Positions 1-51,390 of a DNA stretch of 64,000 nucleotides are shown one piece after another. Source of the DNA: Orbicella franksi (taxonomy: Eukaryota); the NCBI GenBank assembly GCA_964199315.1, contig OZ116702.1:25916001-25980000 (forward strand), in the 5' to 3' direction. The notes beneath the pieces were generated by a model that searched no databases, was not told where the DNA came from, and saw only the letters and a program-made list of their open reading frames with translations. The position numbers and the translations under genes are program-made. Every line of letters begins with the position of its first letter. Position 1 is the stretch's first letter.

Positions 1-104
1 CGATGCGTTTTCAGAGTGAAACCGCCGTTTCAAATAGACTTAGACTACAGTTGTTTCACAATAAGATGCTAGATATATGTCTCTTCAAAGAGTCTAGACC
101 ATAC

Positions 105-39550
<39,446 letters not shown>

Positions 39551-39769
39551 CTGTTTCATGAAGAAAAAAAACTTATTAAAAACAAAAACTTTCCAAACAT
39601 TTTATTGATGAGGAATAAATTACGCCTGGTAGAATTTGCTGTTTCATTAATACTTCAGTAAAAACAGGTCAAACGTTTCTGCTTACACTTAAGTCATGAA
39701 TTCATAAATATAAATTTGATTTCATTCTGCTTTTCGAGTTCCATACTTCAGATGCATGGTGAGGGTAGA

Positions 39770-40263
39770 CTGCGTTCGGCCAGGTGATCCTGCCACCGGA
39801 ACTTATCTAGGTTTCCGTAGCATTTCACGGCTGGGAATACTTCCATCTCTCACCAGGATGGGTTACTAGTCCCTCACAGGGTCACCTCCCTCTAACATTA
39901 GGGAGCTTGAGAAAAGTATGACGGCAACGGCAACGTCGCTCAACAAAAGGTTTAATGAGGAAAACAATGGTTGTGCACGTGCGTTATAACTCTTAGTACA
40001 TTTCTTTGCCGTCCTCTGTAAAACAACAACGTGAAATGACTAAATTCTGTGTTGCCTTGAGAACGTGAACCCCGACGGCTGATTTTTAAATTCTTATGTC
40101 GAATTCTATGTAAACTAGATTGCATCTATTTACATTTATGTAAACTAGATTACATCCTACATTGTAAATGTTTTAATTCTTATTTTGTAATTATTCTTTA
40201 TTGTTTATTTATACACGACCCCACAAGCTGCAAGCTTAATTAGTTATCGCGTTTAAATAAAGG

Positions 40264-40312
<49 letters not shown>

Positions 40313-40615
40313 CACTTACTTACTTACTTACTTACATTTATCGATGTGTCTTAGATTCAGTTTCGTGATAGCTTTGTCAGTGATAAACAAAGTAAATAAC
40401 TTTAGGGAACCGCGAAGTTCGTAGGTAAAATATAAACTCGTTTTTGAATCGACGCTGTCCTCGACGTCGTCGTCGTGGTTTCTTAAACTGCCTATTGAAA
40501 TACGCAGGTAGCCATTTACATACCTAGATGTAACGAGCCACTGCGCGAGTAGAGCGTCTGGCTCGAGAACACATCGCAACGACCACGGTCAGGGCTCGAA
40601 CCCTTGGGCCACTGC
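39770..40615. mobile_element. Nested repeat cluster (SINE-like halves flanking a MITE that contains a (TTAC)n-tailed fragment)
   Basis: tagggagctt..gacggcaacggcaacg at ~39898 and cgtcgtcgtcgtggtttcttaaactgccta at ~40466-40495 form inverted ends. AATAAA plus (TTAC)n lie inside. The assignment of the outer SINE-like halves is from recalled repeat-family pattern only. Confidence 0.5.
40264..40335. repeat. (TTAC)n microsatellite
   Basis: About 18 units directly visible. Confidence 0.92.
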
Positions 40616-41780
40616 TTCATCATCGTTCTGGATGATCTCCAGAGGAGGTATTCAATATTTAAAATGTGGTTCGAGCCAAAACTCGATATTTGATTAGATG
40701 AATAGACTAACAATGGGCTTTACCGCAAAACGGCGAATATGGCATTTTGTAGTCTGCCTTTTCGCTTGTACATTTGAGTGTCTTATTGCGTTGAATTAAT
40801 TTTGAACAAGAGACTTTTTACATTTTGTGTAGGATTGGGTGAGGAATCAAAGACAATGAAAGTAAAATCGGTGGCAATTTTCCCGTTTACCGCAAACGAC
40901 ATTCTTAGAGCTTGACGGACGCCACAGGCAGGTGACAATTTACGCATAATTTATGCTGCAAACAATGTTCATGCCTCGTGTTTTACCATCTTGTGTCTAC
41001 AAGTTTTCATTTTCAAAGAAGTTGCTCATTTTCAAAGTTTTAAAGTGAAAAAAAAAAAAAATGTCTGGAGACATTTTGAAACTGTAGGATATTCTAGTAG
41101 AAGATAAGGTGAATAAACTGTGTTTTAAAAGTTGAAGATGGTGGTTTACAATTTAAATCATTGCGACTTAATATCTGCCGACTCCAATCTGACCTTTTGT
41201 AATGCAACCGCCGCCCCCCCCCCCCCCCCCCCCAAACCTGGATGCATGACCTTTTAGCTTCCGTGACCTGAATTAAATTAGCGTCCGCTCTCATCTTTAA
41301 AATTATATTAATTAAAGCCGTATCGGGTCAAGGCAGCGATGACATGGAACTAAAAAGCTCTTTGATAATCAGATGGACTCCTGATAATAAAGGGAGGAAA
41401 CAATTTCTCAACCAGAATACCGAAATAGCAATTTCCAACAGCGACTGCGGTCACGAGAGAGATTTCTGCCTAAAGGAAAAACTTAAAATAGAATATTCAG
41501 TTTGGTTACCAGGCTATTGAAAATTCCAAGGAAAAAATGGAAAGTTGCATGGTTACTTAAAGATACACGGTTACATTAAACATCACGATTTACGTGATTA
41601 GGAGGGAAAGTGTTGCATCCAACAGGAACTCTATCAATATCAATCATTTCTACACACGTGGATTGGTAAATTATTCCAACAGGCACTTCCTGTGCTAGTT
41701 GTATGTGTCATCAAGTGTTACGCGCTTGGCTAACCGACAATACCCTTGCGTGCGTAATTTTCGATATCTGAGTAAAGAAG

Positions 41781-42776
41781 ATGAATGGGTCGTTAGAAAA
41801 TCTAACACTGTCTAACGAAAGTGAAGCCGAATGTAATCCTTTCACCAAGAAAGATCCCAACTCTACAATGGCTATCAAGGCAGCATGTTACACCTTGATC
41901 ATGTTGCTTTCACTTATTGGAAACGCGGCGGTTATCGCTGTTGTTGCGAAAAACAGGCATATGCGAACCACAACGAACTACTTAATCGCAAACATGGCCG
42001 TGTCAGATCTACTGCTTTCTACATTTGCAGTACCGCGAGAAATTGCTGAAGTCTTTATCGGTCACCGCAGATGGTTGATCGATGGTCTGGCTGGTGCAGT
42101 CCTTTGCAAAGTTTTTTACTCCTTCCAAGACATTTCCACTGCAGTCTCGATACAAAGCATCGTTGTTATTACATTGGATAGGTACACTGGAGTTGTTTCG
42201 CCCTTTCGTCGTCCTATCATAACTCCGAAACGACGCAAAGTTGTTATTGCACTGATATGGTTGATATCCATGGCTCTACACGGTATTTATTTTTACACGG
42301 TACGCCATGAACAAGTAAAAGGAATCAGTTTTTGCTTCTTCGACAATCCACGAGCAGTAAAGATCAACTTTATTATGACATCAGTTGTTTTGATCGCCAT
42401 CCCTTTAATAATAATAACCGTTTTGTATTCACTCATATTTAGAGCTCTGAAAAAACAGAAACCCTTTGGAAAAGGATGTGCATCTTCACTCATGAAAAGC
42501 CGGCAGAGAGAGAACGCTAAAATCATGTGGAAAATTCTAGCAATTATAGTTTTATTCGCTATTTGCATATTACCAATAGATATCTTAGGTTTTCTATTTT
42601 TCTTCGCGTGGTACAAGGGAATTCCTTGTGGTATGGACCATTTTAGCTTCGCAGCTAAGTTCATATTTTACTCGAACGCATCACTGAACCCGTGCATTTA
42701 TTTCCTTCTAAATGAGAGATATCGCCAGGGTCTGCGAAATATTCTCAAAGGCAAAGTATATTTTCCTCGCGCGTAG
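41781..42776 (+). CDS. Intronless class A (rhodopsin-family) GPCR, peptide-receptor-like, copy 1
   Basis: 331-aa ORF with 7 hydrophobic segments: TM1 GN, TM2 NMAVSD, C at the top of TM3, DRY, TM4 W, TM6 FAICILP, TM7 NPCIY. N-terminal sequons NGS, NLT, NES and NST. Confidence 0.93.
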   Translation: MNGSLENLTLSNESEAECNPFTKKDPNSTMAIKAACYTLIMLLSLIGNAAVIAVVAKNRHMRTTTNYLIANMAVSDLLLSTFAVPREIAEVFIGHRRWLIDGLAGAVLCKVFYSFQDISTAVSIQSIVVITLDRYTGVVSPFRRPIITPKRRKVVIALIWLISMALHGIYFYTVRHEQVKGISFCFFDNPRAVKINFIMTSVVLIAIPLIIITVLYSLIFRALKKQKPFGKGCASSLMKSRQRENAKIMWKILAIIVLFAICILPIDILGFLFFFAWYKGIPCGMDHFSFAAKFIFYSNASLNPCIYFLLNERYRQGLRNILKGKVYFPRA

Positions 42777-45025
42777 GCGATAAAAGACATCGAAATGAAT
42801 ACATTAAAACATATGTAGTTTTCGTAGTATAGCTAGTACTAACTAGGCTTTTGACTGTTTTTAATAGGTTCTATCGCTCGGAATTGACAGATTTATCTTT
42901 TATTTTTCTTTGGAATACTTTTTTTTGCCCATAAGTTTCGGATCAAAAATGTTGCAAGGTGATTGTTTCGACTGAGAGTTGCGAGATAAGATTCTATGCG
43001 CGCTCTGTTTTCAGTGAAATTAATAACACCATAGGGATCAGTAAATTAATTTCAACGAAAATTTCCATCTTGATAAAGGGCTTGTTTGTGAAGAGACACA
43101 TTTTCAGAATGCGACTACCATGTCTGAGGTGGCGCAAAAACATTAATATTTTCATTAAATGGTTGACGCAAACTAGTGCTGTAATTTCTAAGTTAAATAT
43201 GCAAAACGTTTGTGATGTTTTCGTCTTCGCTTCTACTTGGCCTTTTTCCAAATGAAACTAGAAAAGCTAAGTTCCACAACTTTGTGTGTTCCAGTGCATA
43301 GGACAGTGTTTGCAAGTCTTGTGCTGTTTTATAGCCTTTTTTAAATCTTTTTTCCAGAAGAGGGTACGATAGTTTCTTTGAATTTTTGAAGTGTATGAAA
43401 GTCACGTACTTAACGCACTTTCTATAAGTAATAGCTAGCCTGTTTCTCTTATAATGAACTTTTTTTATATTTGCATGACAATACAGTTCGACATTATGAG
43501 CCGAGGTAATCTCGGCCATAGGCTGTCAGACATCTTTATGTTTGTCGTGCTTTTATACAAATAATTTGAAAATGGAGAAGAGGGACATATATTAATCATT
43601 ACTTTTCGGATATTTGAGTTTGCCAGATTTTCCCTAAAACGTAATCGTCTAACTTACATTTTGTTTACAGGCAACGTGAACTGAGACAATATTGTGGTCC
43701 CTTCAGCTCATTTTGCTTGCTGCATTTTTTTTAGCTTTGTGAGTTGATGTAAATGAATCTTCTATAAAAGACGCTGAATAATAATAATAAAAACAAAAAC
43801 GCTTACAGGAGTAAAGGAAGCGAATCCGTGTATTTTATGTCGTTGAAAACTTGCACGTTACAAACTTACATCTGTAATCGAATTTCTGTTACCAGTCGAA
43901 GCCACATCCCATAAGGTATCTTCCAGAATCCGTGATATCAGCTAATGCTGCACTCCAATCTAACGACGAAGCAATTTAGTCTTCTGTAGCGAAGAAACTG
44001 ACTGGGAGGTGAGAGAGTAATCTTAGAGATGTTTATTTTTTACCGACATGTTTTGGCATCAGCTGTTTGCTAGCAGGTACCAATGGCGGATCCAGACATT
44101 GAGCTAAGAGGGGGACCCGGTTTTGTTTTACCCGCCCTGTCGGCTTTTCTTCTTTGTGTCATTTCTTCTTCTTTTACCCAAAATAAGAGGTCGGATCAGT
44201 TCAGACGCGACAAAGATTAGTCAAAATAGAAGCTTTCTCATCCAACACAGCAAGAGTTTTCCTTTCCTACACTTGAGGTGGTCACTGTTTCAATGATGAT
44301 CGTACCTTTTCATTCAAATTTCTAAAATTTGCTTAACAACACTACTGATGAACAAAAAAGCGACAAAGATATAGGCGAAAGGCATTGAAAATGCTAATTT
44401 TTTATCGGATTCCCTAATCTAAGGACACATACATTTAAAAGAGAATATTACATCGAAAATTCTTTTAATTTAAATTTGCTTCAAAGATCGTTTAAGGTGG
44501 CTGAAATTCTAATGAGTGGTTCTCGAGAAACAGGCGTATTTCCGAGAGTGCAAATTTTCATTCAATCGCAATTTTTTGACTAACTACGCATGCGCTGCAT
44601 TTAACTGGGTTCTTTCGCTAACAAAGAAAAAGCTGAGAATTGCTGAGTTCTTTGCATCTTTACCTTTTCTAACATATATTTATGATAAAAGACTAAAGCC
44701 ATCAATACACTGCGTTCAATTATAGAGAAAAATAGCACAGATAGTGCGGGTGTTGAGTAAATAAAATGATCGCTCTATTGACGGCATTGCTCTATTGACG
44801 GCACAGCGGCATCAGCAAAAGCGCGCGGGAAAACTGTGTTCGGCCACCTTAAAGATGACACATTACCTAGGCTTATCTGTTCCTATCAGTATTACACAGC
44901 ACACTCTTTCGGCCGTTTAAAAAATTGATTAAAGGTGCTCTGCATTTTAAAATTACTTAAATCGTTTACTAAACCAATTTGAAATTACGAAGTTTAAAGC
45001 CCGTACCCGAAATTACCCAGCCATC

Positions 45026-46069
45026 ATGATGGACCATATTATTAAGCAAATACGTCATGAGGGGCGTCATGAGGGACGGACGTGTGTTTTAATCCGAAGC
45101 GCACTAACCTCCCGAAAGCTCGGTTATTTTTGTATTTCAAGTCTTATGGTTGAAGACACCATGCTTACGCCGGCCAAGAAACGTGACCAACGTCCTTCTG
45201 ATGGAGAGAAAGTATCTCCGGATTCAAAAATTCCTCGGCACAAAGAAGATGACCACGCGAGTAATCCGGAGAACATGGCGGCGGCACCACAAGCTTCTCC
45301 AGAGTCTTCTTCCCCCGAGACAAATTCTGACATGAAAGAGATTAAAGAAATGCTTGCAGTTATCCAAGGTCAAATGGCTACAGTTCTGTCCGATAATAGG
45401 AAGATACAACGAGACCTCGAAACACTTAAAGAGTCGATGAACATGCAGGACCGCGAGCTTAAACAAACACAGCAACAACTGACGAAAGCGGTCGCTCAGA
45501 GCGATTTGCTAAGGAAGGAATTGGATGCTGCTCTTTCCAAACTCAGGAAACAGCAAGAGGAAATCAACAGCATGTGGTGTAAGCAGGACGACCTTGAACA
45601 ATATTCTCGCAAAAACTCCTTGGAATTGCATGGAATCCCACGCAGTACACATTCTTCCACCGAAGAGGCTGTGCTCAAAGTGACAAATGCTCTCAATGTC
45701 ATCGTGAGCCCTGAAGACATCGAAATATCTCATCATATACGGCTCAAGCACACCGAGGCGATTATAGTAAAATTTGTCAGCCATAAAGTTAAATCCCAAG
45801 TCTACAAAGCACGTACCAGGTTAAAGAATGTATCCTTAACTGGTCTCTTTCAAGACTGTCCAGCATCTTCTCGAACCGAATCAAACCGTATACACATGTG
45901 TGAAAGTCTAACGGCCTACAGGCGTCATCTCGCTAATAAGTTAAACACGAAACGGAGGAACAACGAACTTTTGAGTGTTTGGACGATGGATGGCAAGGTT
46001 TTTGTCAAGACGTCTCCGGAAGGCTCGCCAATCAGAATATCCTGCGACGAAGACTTGGACAATCTTTAA
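45026..46069 (+). CDS. LINE ORF1 (coiled coil + RRM-like + CTD), copy 1
   Basis: Open 347 aa (likely start 45146 or 45161). Heptad-rich region, then LEQYSRKNSLELHGIP...IIVKFVS...ESLT...VWTMDGKVFVK, a typical non-LTR ORF1 signature. Confidence 0.85.
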   Translation: MMDHIIKQIRHEGRHEGRTCVLIRSALTSRKLGYFCISSLMVEDTMLTPAKKRDQRPSDGEKVSPDSKIPRHKEDDHASNPENMAAAPQASPESSSPETNSDMKEIKEMLAVIQGQMATVLSDNRKIQRDLETLKESMNMQDRELKQTQQQLTKAVAQSDLLRKELDAALSKLRKQQEEINSMWCKQDDLEQYSRKNSLELHGIPRSTHSSTEEAVLKVTNALNVIVSPEDIEISHHIRLKHTEAIIVKFVSHKVKSQVYKARTRLKNVSLTGLFQDCPASSRTESNRIHMCESLTAYRRHLANKLNTKRRNNELLSVWTMDGKVFVKTSPEGSPIRISCDEDLDNL

Positions 46070-46244
46070 ACTATTCACTCGTCGAGGGAAGTATAAACGT
46101 GAGAACCTGATAACTATGCTATGTGTCTTTATTATTATAATTATAGTGTTAAGGGAGGTGTTTGGAGCTTTTCGTTTTCGTTAGCCTCTTCCGTCAGGGA
46201 CCGGACTTAATCTAGTTTTTGGGACACATTTATATTATTTATTT

Positions 46245-46258
46245 ATTTATTTATTTAT

Positions 46259-46292
<34 letters not shown>

Positions 46293-46309
46293 CGTTCGTT
46301 CGTTCGTTC

Positions 46310-46341
<32 letters not shown>

Positions 46342-46342
46342 T
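46245..46342. repeat. Compound (TTTA)n(TTAG)n(TTCG)n(TTAG)n microsatellite in the LINE inter-ORF spacer
   Basis: Directly visible. The counterpart at ~57918-58020 has different unit counts. Confidence 0.9.
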
Positions 46343-46397
46343 TTTTTACTTCGCTGTTTTCTTTTTCTTTTAGAAAACTCATTTATTTACCGTAGCT

Positions 46398-49300
46398 ATG
46401 TTATATCTTTCACTTATGCTCGATCCAACAGCATGCAAATTTCTATCGTTAAATGTGAGAGATTTAAAAAATAAGAAGAAACGCAGATCTATTTTTTCTT
46501 ATTTGAAAGACCAAAATTGCCATTTTTACTTTCTGCAAGAGACGTATTCGGAACCCAGAGACGAAATTGTTTGGAGAAGTGAATGGGGAGGAGAAATTCT
46601 GTACTCGCATGGCACAAACCAGAAAAAAGGCGTCTGCATTTTGACAAACCCAAAATTTAACGGCTTTCAAATCGAATATTCTTGCAGTGACTCTCAACAG
46701 CGAATCATTCTGGCCAACATAAACATAAATTCTGTTCAAATATCTCTCTGCAATATTTACGCTCCAAACAACCTTCAGGTGCAAAACACCTTTGTCAAAG
46801 ATTGAAATCAGTTTTTACTCTCTAATGCTAATGTCAGCCGACTTATTGTTGGAGGCGACTGGAATGTCGCACTCGGCGCCATCGACAAGAAGGGTGGAAT
46901 ACCTTGGAGACCAACGACATACCGTGATTGTATAATTGCAATGTGTGAAGAATTAGATTTGATCGATATATTGAGGAAGAAAAAGCCTAATGCAAAACTA
47001 TTTACTTATGAATCAAAACCGCTAAAAATGAAATCGAGAATTGACTACTTTTTAATCGCAAACTCAATGTCTCATCTAGTTTCTCATGTTAATATTGGAA
47101 TTTCAATTGCACCGGATCACAGAGCGGTAAGGTTAAATGTTAATTTGACGTCCAACAAACGAGGGCACGGTCTGTGGAAGTTCGACAACGCTCTGTTACT
47201 TGATGATGAATTCGTCAGCTTGATCGAGGCTAGTTATTCGGCCATAAGTGAAAAATTTTGTGAATTGGATGATAAACAGCTAAAATGCGAAATGATCAAG
47301 ATGGAATTGAGGGGCTTAATAATTCAGTACGCAAAACGCAAGACCCGAAAGTCTAGAGATTACCTAGTAAGTTTAGAGCAACGGCTTGCTGAAACGGAAG
47401 CGTTTATCAACAACAGTAATGACGGTGATTAACGCTGCAGGAACAGTTAAAAAAAGAATTACAGTATCTCTACGAAAAGAGGGGCGAAGGCGCAATGTTT
47501 CGCTCTAAACTTCCATGGACCGAACTGGGAGAGAAACCAACCAGGTATTTTTTCAATATGGAGGCAAAACATTTTAATCAGAAGACTATTACTGAGCTGG
47601 AAACTAGCGAGGGGGGGGGGGGGGGGGGTAAAATAACAGGCCAAAAGCAATTATTACAAGAAATTGAAAATTTTTATCAGAATTTATACCACTCAGAATA
47701 TGCTGGTTCACATGAACTCTTCGCAGGCTTCGTCCACTCCGTGCAACTTCCTAGGCTGAGTGATGATGACAAAGAAAATTTAGAAGGAGAATTAACCATC
47801 GAAGAATGCCGTCATATTTTAAAAACCTTCAATTTCGGGAAGTCACCAGGTGAAGACGGCTTTACAGTAGAATTCTATACAAAGTTCTTTGAGCTTCTAG
47901 CTAGCGACCTAGTTGAAAGTCTAAATACAGCATATTCGAGAGGGGAGCTGTCAATTTCACAGAGAAGGGGGGTTGTCACCCTTATTCCAAAGGCAGATTC
48001 TGACACTCTGAAGCTCACCAATTGGCGGCCAATAACCTTGTTAAATGTTGACTACAAGATTGCATCCAAAGCAATACCTACACGAATTAAAAAGCTAATA
48101 CATACTGACCAAACAGGCTTTATGAAAGACAGATTTATTGGTTAGAATATACGTCTACTATGTGACCTCTTAGAACAGACGGAACTGGAAAATATACCAG
48201 GCATTCTCCTCCAGCTCGACTTTCGCAAAGCCTTTGACACAATCGCGTGGCCAATGATTCAACAAGTCCTGTCAATTTTCAACTTTGGTGTTTCTATTAA
48301 GCGTTGGATAGAAACTTTCTACTGTAATGCAGAGAGTTCCGTTATTAATAATGGTTTCACTACTAAGCAGCTCAAGTTGTCTCGAGGAGTAAGGCAAGGT
48401 TGTCCACTATCACCCTATCTGTTTATTTTATCTGTGGAGATACTTACGTCTAAAATACGGCAAGATAATTCGATTTGCGGCATTTTTATCTCTCATAAGG
48501 AACTCAAAATTAGCCAATTTGCGGACGACGCCTCTCTCATTTGCGGTAACCTAATATCGGTCCAAAACGCCTTGCTCATACTAAACGAGTTCGGGATTTT
48601 ATCTGGCCTAAAACTCAACGAATCCAAAACCAAAGCTCTTTGGCTAGGTCCATGGAAAAAGGGGACCGAAAGACCTTTCAACTTCATATGGACGAAAGAA
48701 CCGCTTAAAGTCTTGGGGATTCATATCTCTTACGATAAGGCGGGAAATGAGAGAAAAAATGTCAACCAAAAAATTGAAAAACTTAATGCAAAGCTGGGTA
48801 CCTGGAGATCGCGCCAACTCTCTATCTTCGGGCGCTGTTTAATCGTTAAGTCTCTAGGGATTTCACAGATCGTTCACTCTGCTGCCGTGCTAGACATTCA
48901 CAAGGACCACATTGCAAAAATTCAATCTTCAATTTTTAAATTTATTTGGAAGGAAAAGCAGGACAAAATTAAAAGGGAAGTTCTATATCAAGATTATGAA
49001 AGAGGTGGTTTGCGTGTAACACACGTTGAAACTTTGTGTAAGGCTCTACGTTTGGCATGGATCCAAAGGTTCCTAAAAAGTGACAGCCGGGGAACAGAAA
49101 ATTGGAAAGTCATTCCATGTTCCTTCTTTAGGAAATATGGAGGCTTATACTTCTTGCTTCACTGTAACTTTGATGAAAATTTCCTAAAGTCGATTGAAAT
49201 GCCATCCTTCTACAAGCAAATTCTGAGTTTCTTTTTGGAACTGAAGAGTATCTATGACACGAACGGAGACCAGGAATTAATCCTTTTTAACAACAAAGAA

Positions 49301-50125
49301 ATACAAATAGGTGGTAAAAGTGTGTTTTATCAGAATTGGTTTGACCAAGGAGTCTACTCCATTTGTGACATTCTCGATTCCAGTGGAATGTACTTGAATT
49401 TTGCAGATTTCTGTCGGAAATTTTCTGTTAAGTCCAATTTTCTCACCTATTTTCAAATTCTGTCGGCTATCCCTAAACGACTGCTGGAAAAGGCGAGGGA
49501 CTCTTTTGGCACCAATCCAATTTTTACTCCAGGGAATTCCACTTTTCATCTGTCACCGTCGCTGTCGATCGACCTATCTAAATTTACATCTAAAGATTAC
49601 TACTGGCTTTTTTTGAACAGGAAGGAACCTTGCGCAACTGGCCCTAGCAAGTGGCAACGCGACCTTCCACAGTTCACTCTCTCTTGGAGCACAATTTTTA
49701 AGCGGATAAAGTCAATCAGTAAGCAAAATAAATTAAAAGAATTTTTTTACAAACTCGCTCATCGCATTGTCACCACAAAGAAAGAATTACATTTATACGG
49801 AATTGAAGACAACAAGAGTTGTCATTACTGCGGGGATGATGACTCTTTACTTCACTCCTTCTTAGGTTGTCATGTTGCGGTCGACTTTCTCTGGAAAGTG
49901 CTATGTTGGTTTAATGAAAAGGAAAACTCTTCCATTACATTAAACGCAAAAGAAATACTCTTCGGAGCAGCTATTGATAACGACACTAAACTGAAAAAAC
50001 TAAATTTCTGTCTCGTCTATGCCAAATTCTACTTTCATTTCCAGAAAATCAACCAACGTGCATGTAATTGGGATGTTTTTGTCCGGAAACTAAATTTCAT
50101 GTTGAAAATAGAAGATTTCGTTTAG
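46398..50125 (+). pseudogene. LINE ORF2 (APE endonuclease - reverse transcriptase - CCHC), disrupted, copy 1
   Basis: Motifs SLNVR, LQETY, GGDWN, SRIDYFL, PDH, KSPGEDG, NWRPITLLNVDYKI, LDFRKAFD, GVRQGCPLSP, QFADD and CHYC..H....C. Stops at 46803, 47430 (with frameshift) and 48143. Confidence 0.92.
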
Positions 50126-50725
50126 TTCAATTTGTCCTCTACTTCTCGCAATCAAACAAAAAAAAAAAAAAAACCTCGCAAACTTTTTATCTTCGCAATT
50201 ACGTAAATTGAATATAATATATCCTGTAGAAATCAGTTGTAATTATATAGTATTATTATTAGTACAGTAGTTACCCGAAAGTGCTGTATCTAGCGTTATG
50301 TTAATGTTGAAAAAAAAACGTATTGTAGGTAAGTTTATCGTAAGTATTGTATTTAAGTAGTTTATTGTAATTAACATGTTATAGGTATATTTATTGTAAT
50401 AAAAATGTTGGAAAAGAAAAAAAGAAAAAAAAAAAATCGAGGACGGTAAAATTAACCGACAAATAAATCATTGAATTTCCTTTTAGTCGTAGCCGCCTTT
50501 TTACGTTTTTAGCCGCCTTTTTACCTTTGTTGCACTTGTTTGACAATTTATCTTGTGTCTATCTGTCGCACCTCTTTAACAAAGCTGTAGAAAAGTTGCG
50601 ACCCACAGGCGACTGTTTTCACTAGCTCATAAGCATTTGTTTAAGCGACATGAGCATGCAGACTCAGTAAGATGCTGTCAATTAGCGCCTTTTTTGGCGC
50701 CCTACTACGTTTGCACGTGTTGCAT

Positions 50726-51104
50726 AGGCCCCGTCCACGCTACGCCAGACAAATTTGAAAACGCAGCTTTATTTCTACAGTTGGGCCTACCGTCCACGCT
50801 AATCCGTCACGAAAACGGAGCTTTTCGAAAACGCTCTTCAAACCGGGGGAATTTGAAAAGCCGGTTTTGCGTTTTAGTGTGGAAGGAGAACATTTTGAAA
50901 ACGGAGCTTTTTGAAAACAATGACGTCACGATAATCATGTGACTTCCCTACCCGAGCTTTCCTCAAACATAAATTCAAAGTGACCGGTTATGGTTGACTA
51001 GTCAAATTTCTCCGGCGTAGTATTAACGGGAAACATTTGTGCTTTCAGGGTGCCGAAAAACGCCGTTTTCAAATATTTTTCCGGCGTAGTGTGCACGGTG
51101 TCTT
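50726..51104. mobile_element. MITE with TIRs (PIF/Harbinger-like ends), copy 1
   Basis: aggccccgtccacgctacgccagacaaatttgaaaac ... gttttcaaatatttttccggcgtagtgtgcacggtgtctta. Confidence 0.7.
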
Positions 51105-51205
51105 AGGCTTATGTTTATGCCAAAGTAAAAGCCAATCTTCAGGGTTAGCTGGCCAATTATGTCGACTTCCTAAAGAGCTATATACACTTCACGGTATGAG
51201 TAAAC

Positions 51206-51390
51206 ATGATAGATGGTCCTCTTATTAATACCGCCATGCTAAACTCGACTGATGTCAGATGCATGCCTTTCATCAAAGAAGATCCCGTGTCTACAAAAGC
51301 CATCAAAGCAATAAGTTACATCGTAATGATGTTGCTCTCACTTCTTAGAAACGCGGCAGTCATCGCCATTATTGCGAAAAACAAAATCAC
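51206..51390 (+). pseudogene. Truncated GPCR paralog (N-terminus + TM1 only), copy 1
   Basis: CMPFIKEDPVSTKAIKAISYIVMMLLSLLRNAAVIAIIAKNK aligns to CNPFTKKDPNSTMAIKAACYTLIMLLSLIGNAAVIAVVAKNR. The conserved GN is RN, and homology stops after KNK. Confidence 0.82.

Larger units (their letters stand above)
45000..50436 (+). mobile_element. Near-full-length L1/Tx1-clade non-LTR retrotransposon, copy 1 (ORF1 intact, ORF2 disrupted)
   Basis: ORF1, then a spacer with a compound microsatellite, then ORF2 (APE endonuclease, RT, C-terminal CCHC), then an A-rich 3' end with AATAAA. The 5' boundary is approximate and no TSD was found. Confidence 0.92.

Noticed and set aside
42293-42664. 123-aa minus-strand ORF (also 53974-54345)
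   Set aside because: Antisense shadow of the GPCR CDS with no independent motifs.
42959-43519. Several 85-108 aa ORFs downstream of the GPCR, conserved in both units
   Set aside because: AT-rich, no recognisable domain, and the conservation reflects the duplication only.
44770-44802. Direct repeat gctctattgacggca x2 as LINE target-site duplication
   Set aside because: Both copies are on the 5' side and no matching sequence follows the 3' tail, so no TSD could be assigned.
50637-50942. 101-aa ORF present in both duplication units
   Set aside because: Runs through a MITE; its conservation is explained by the recent duplication.
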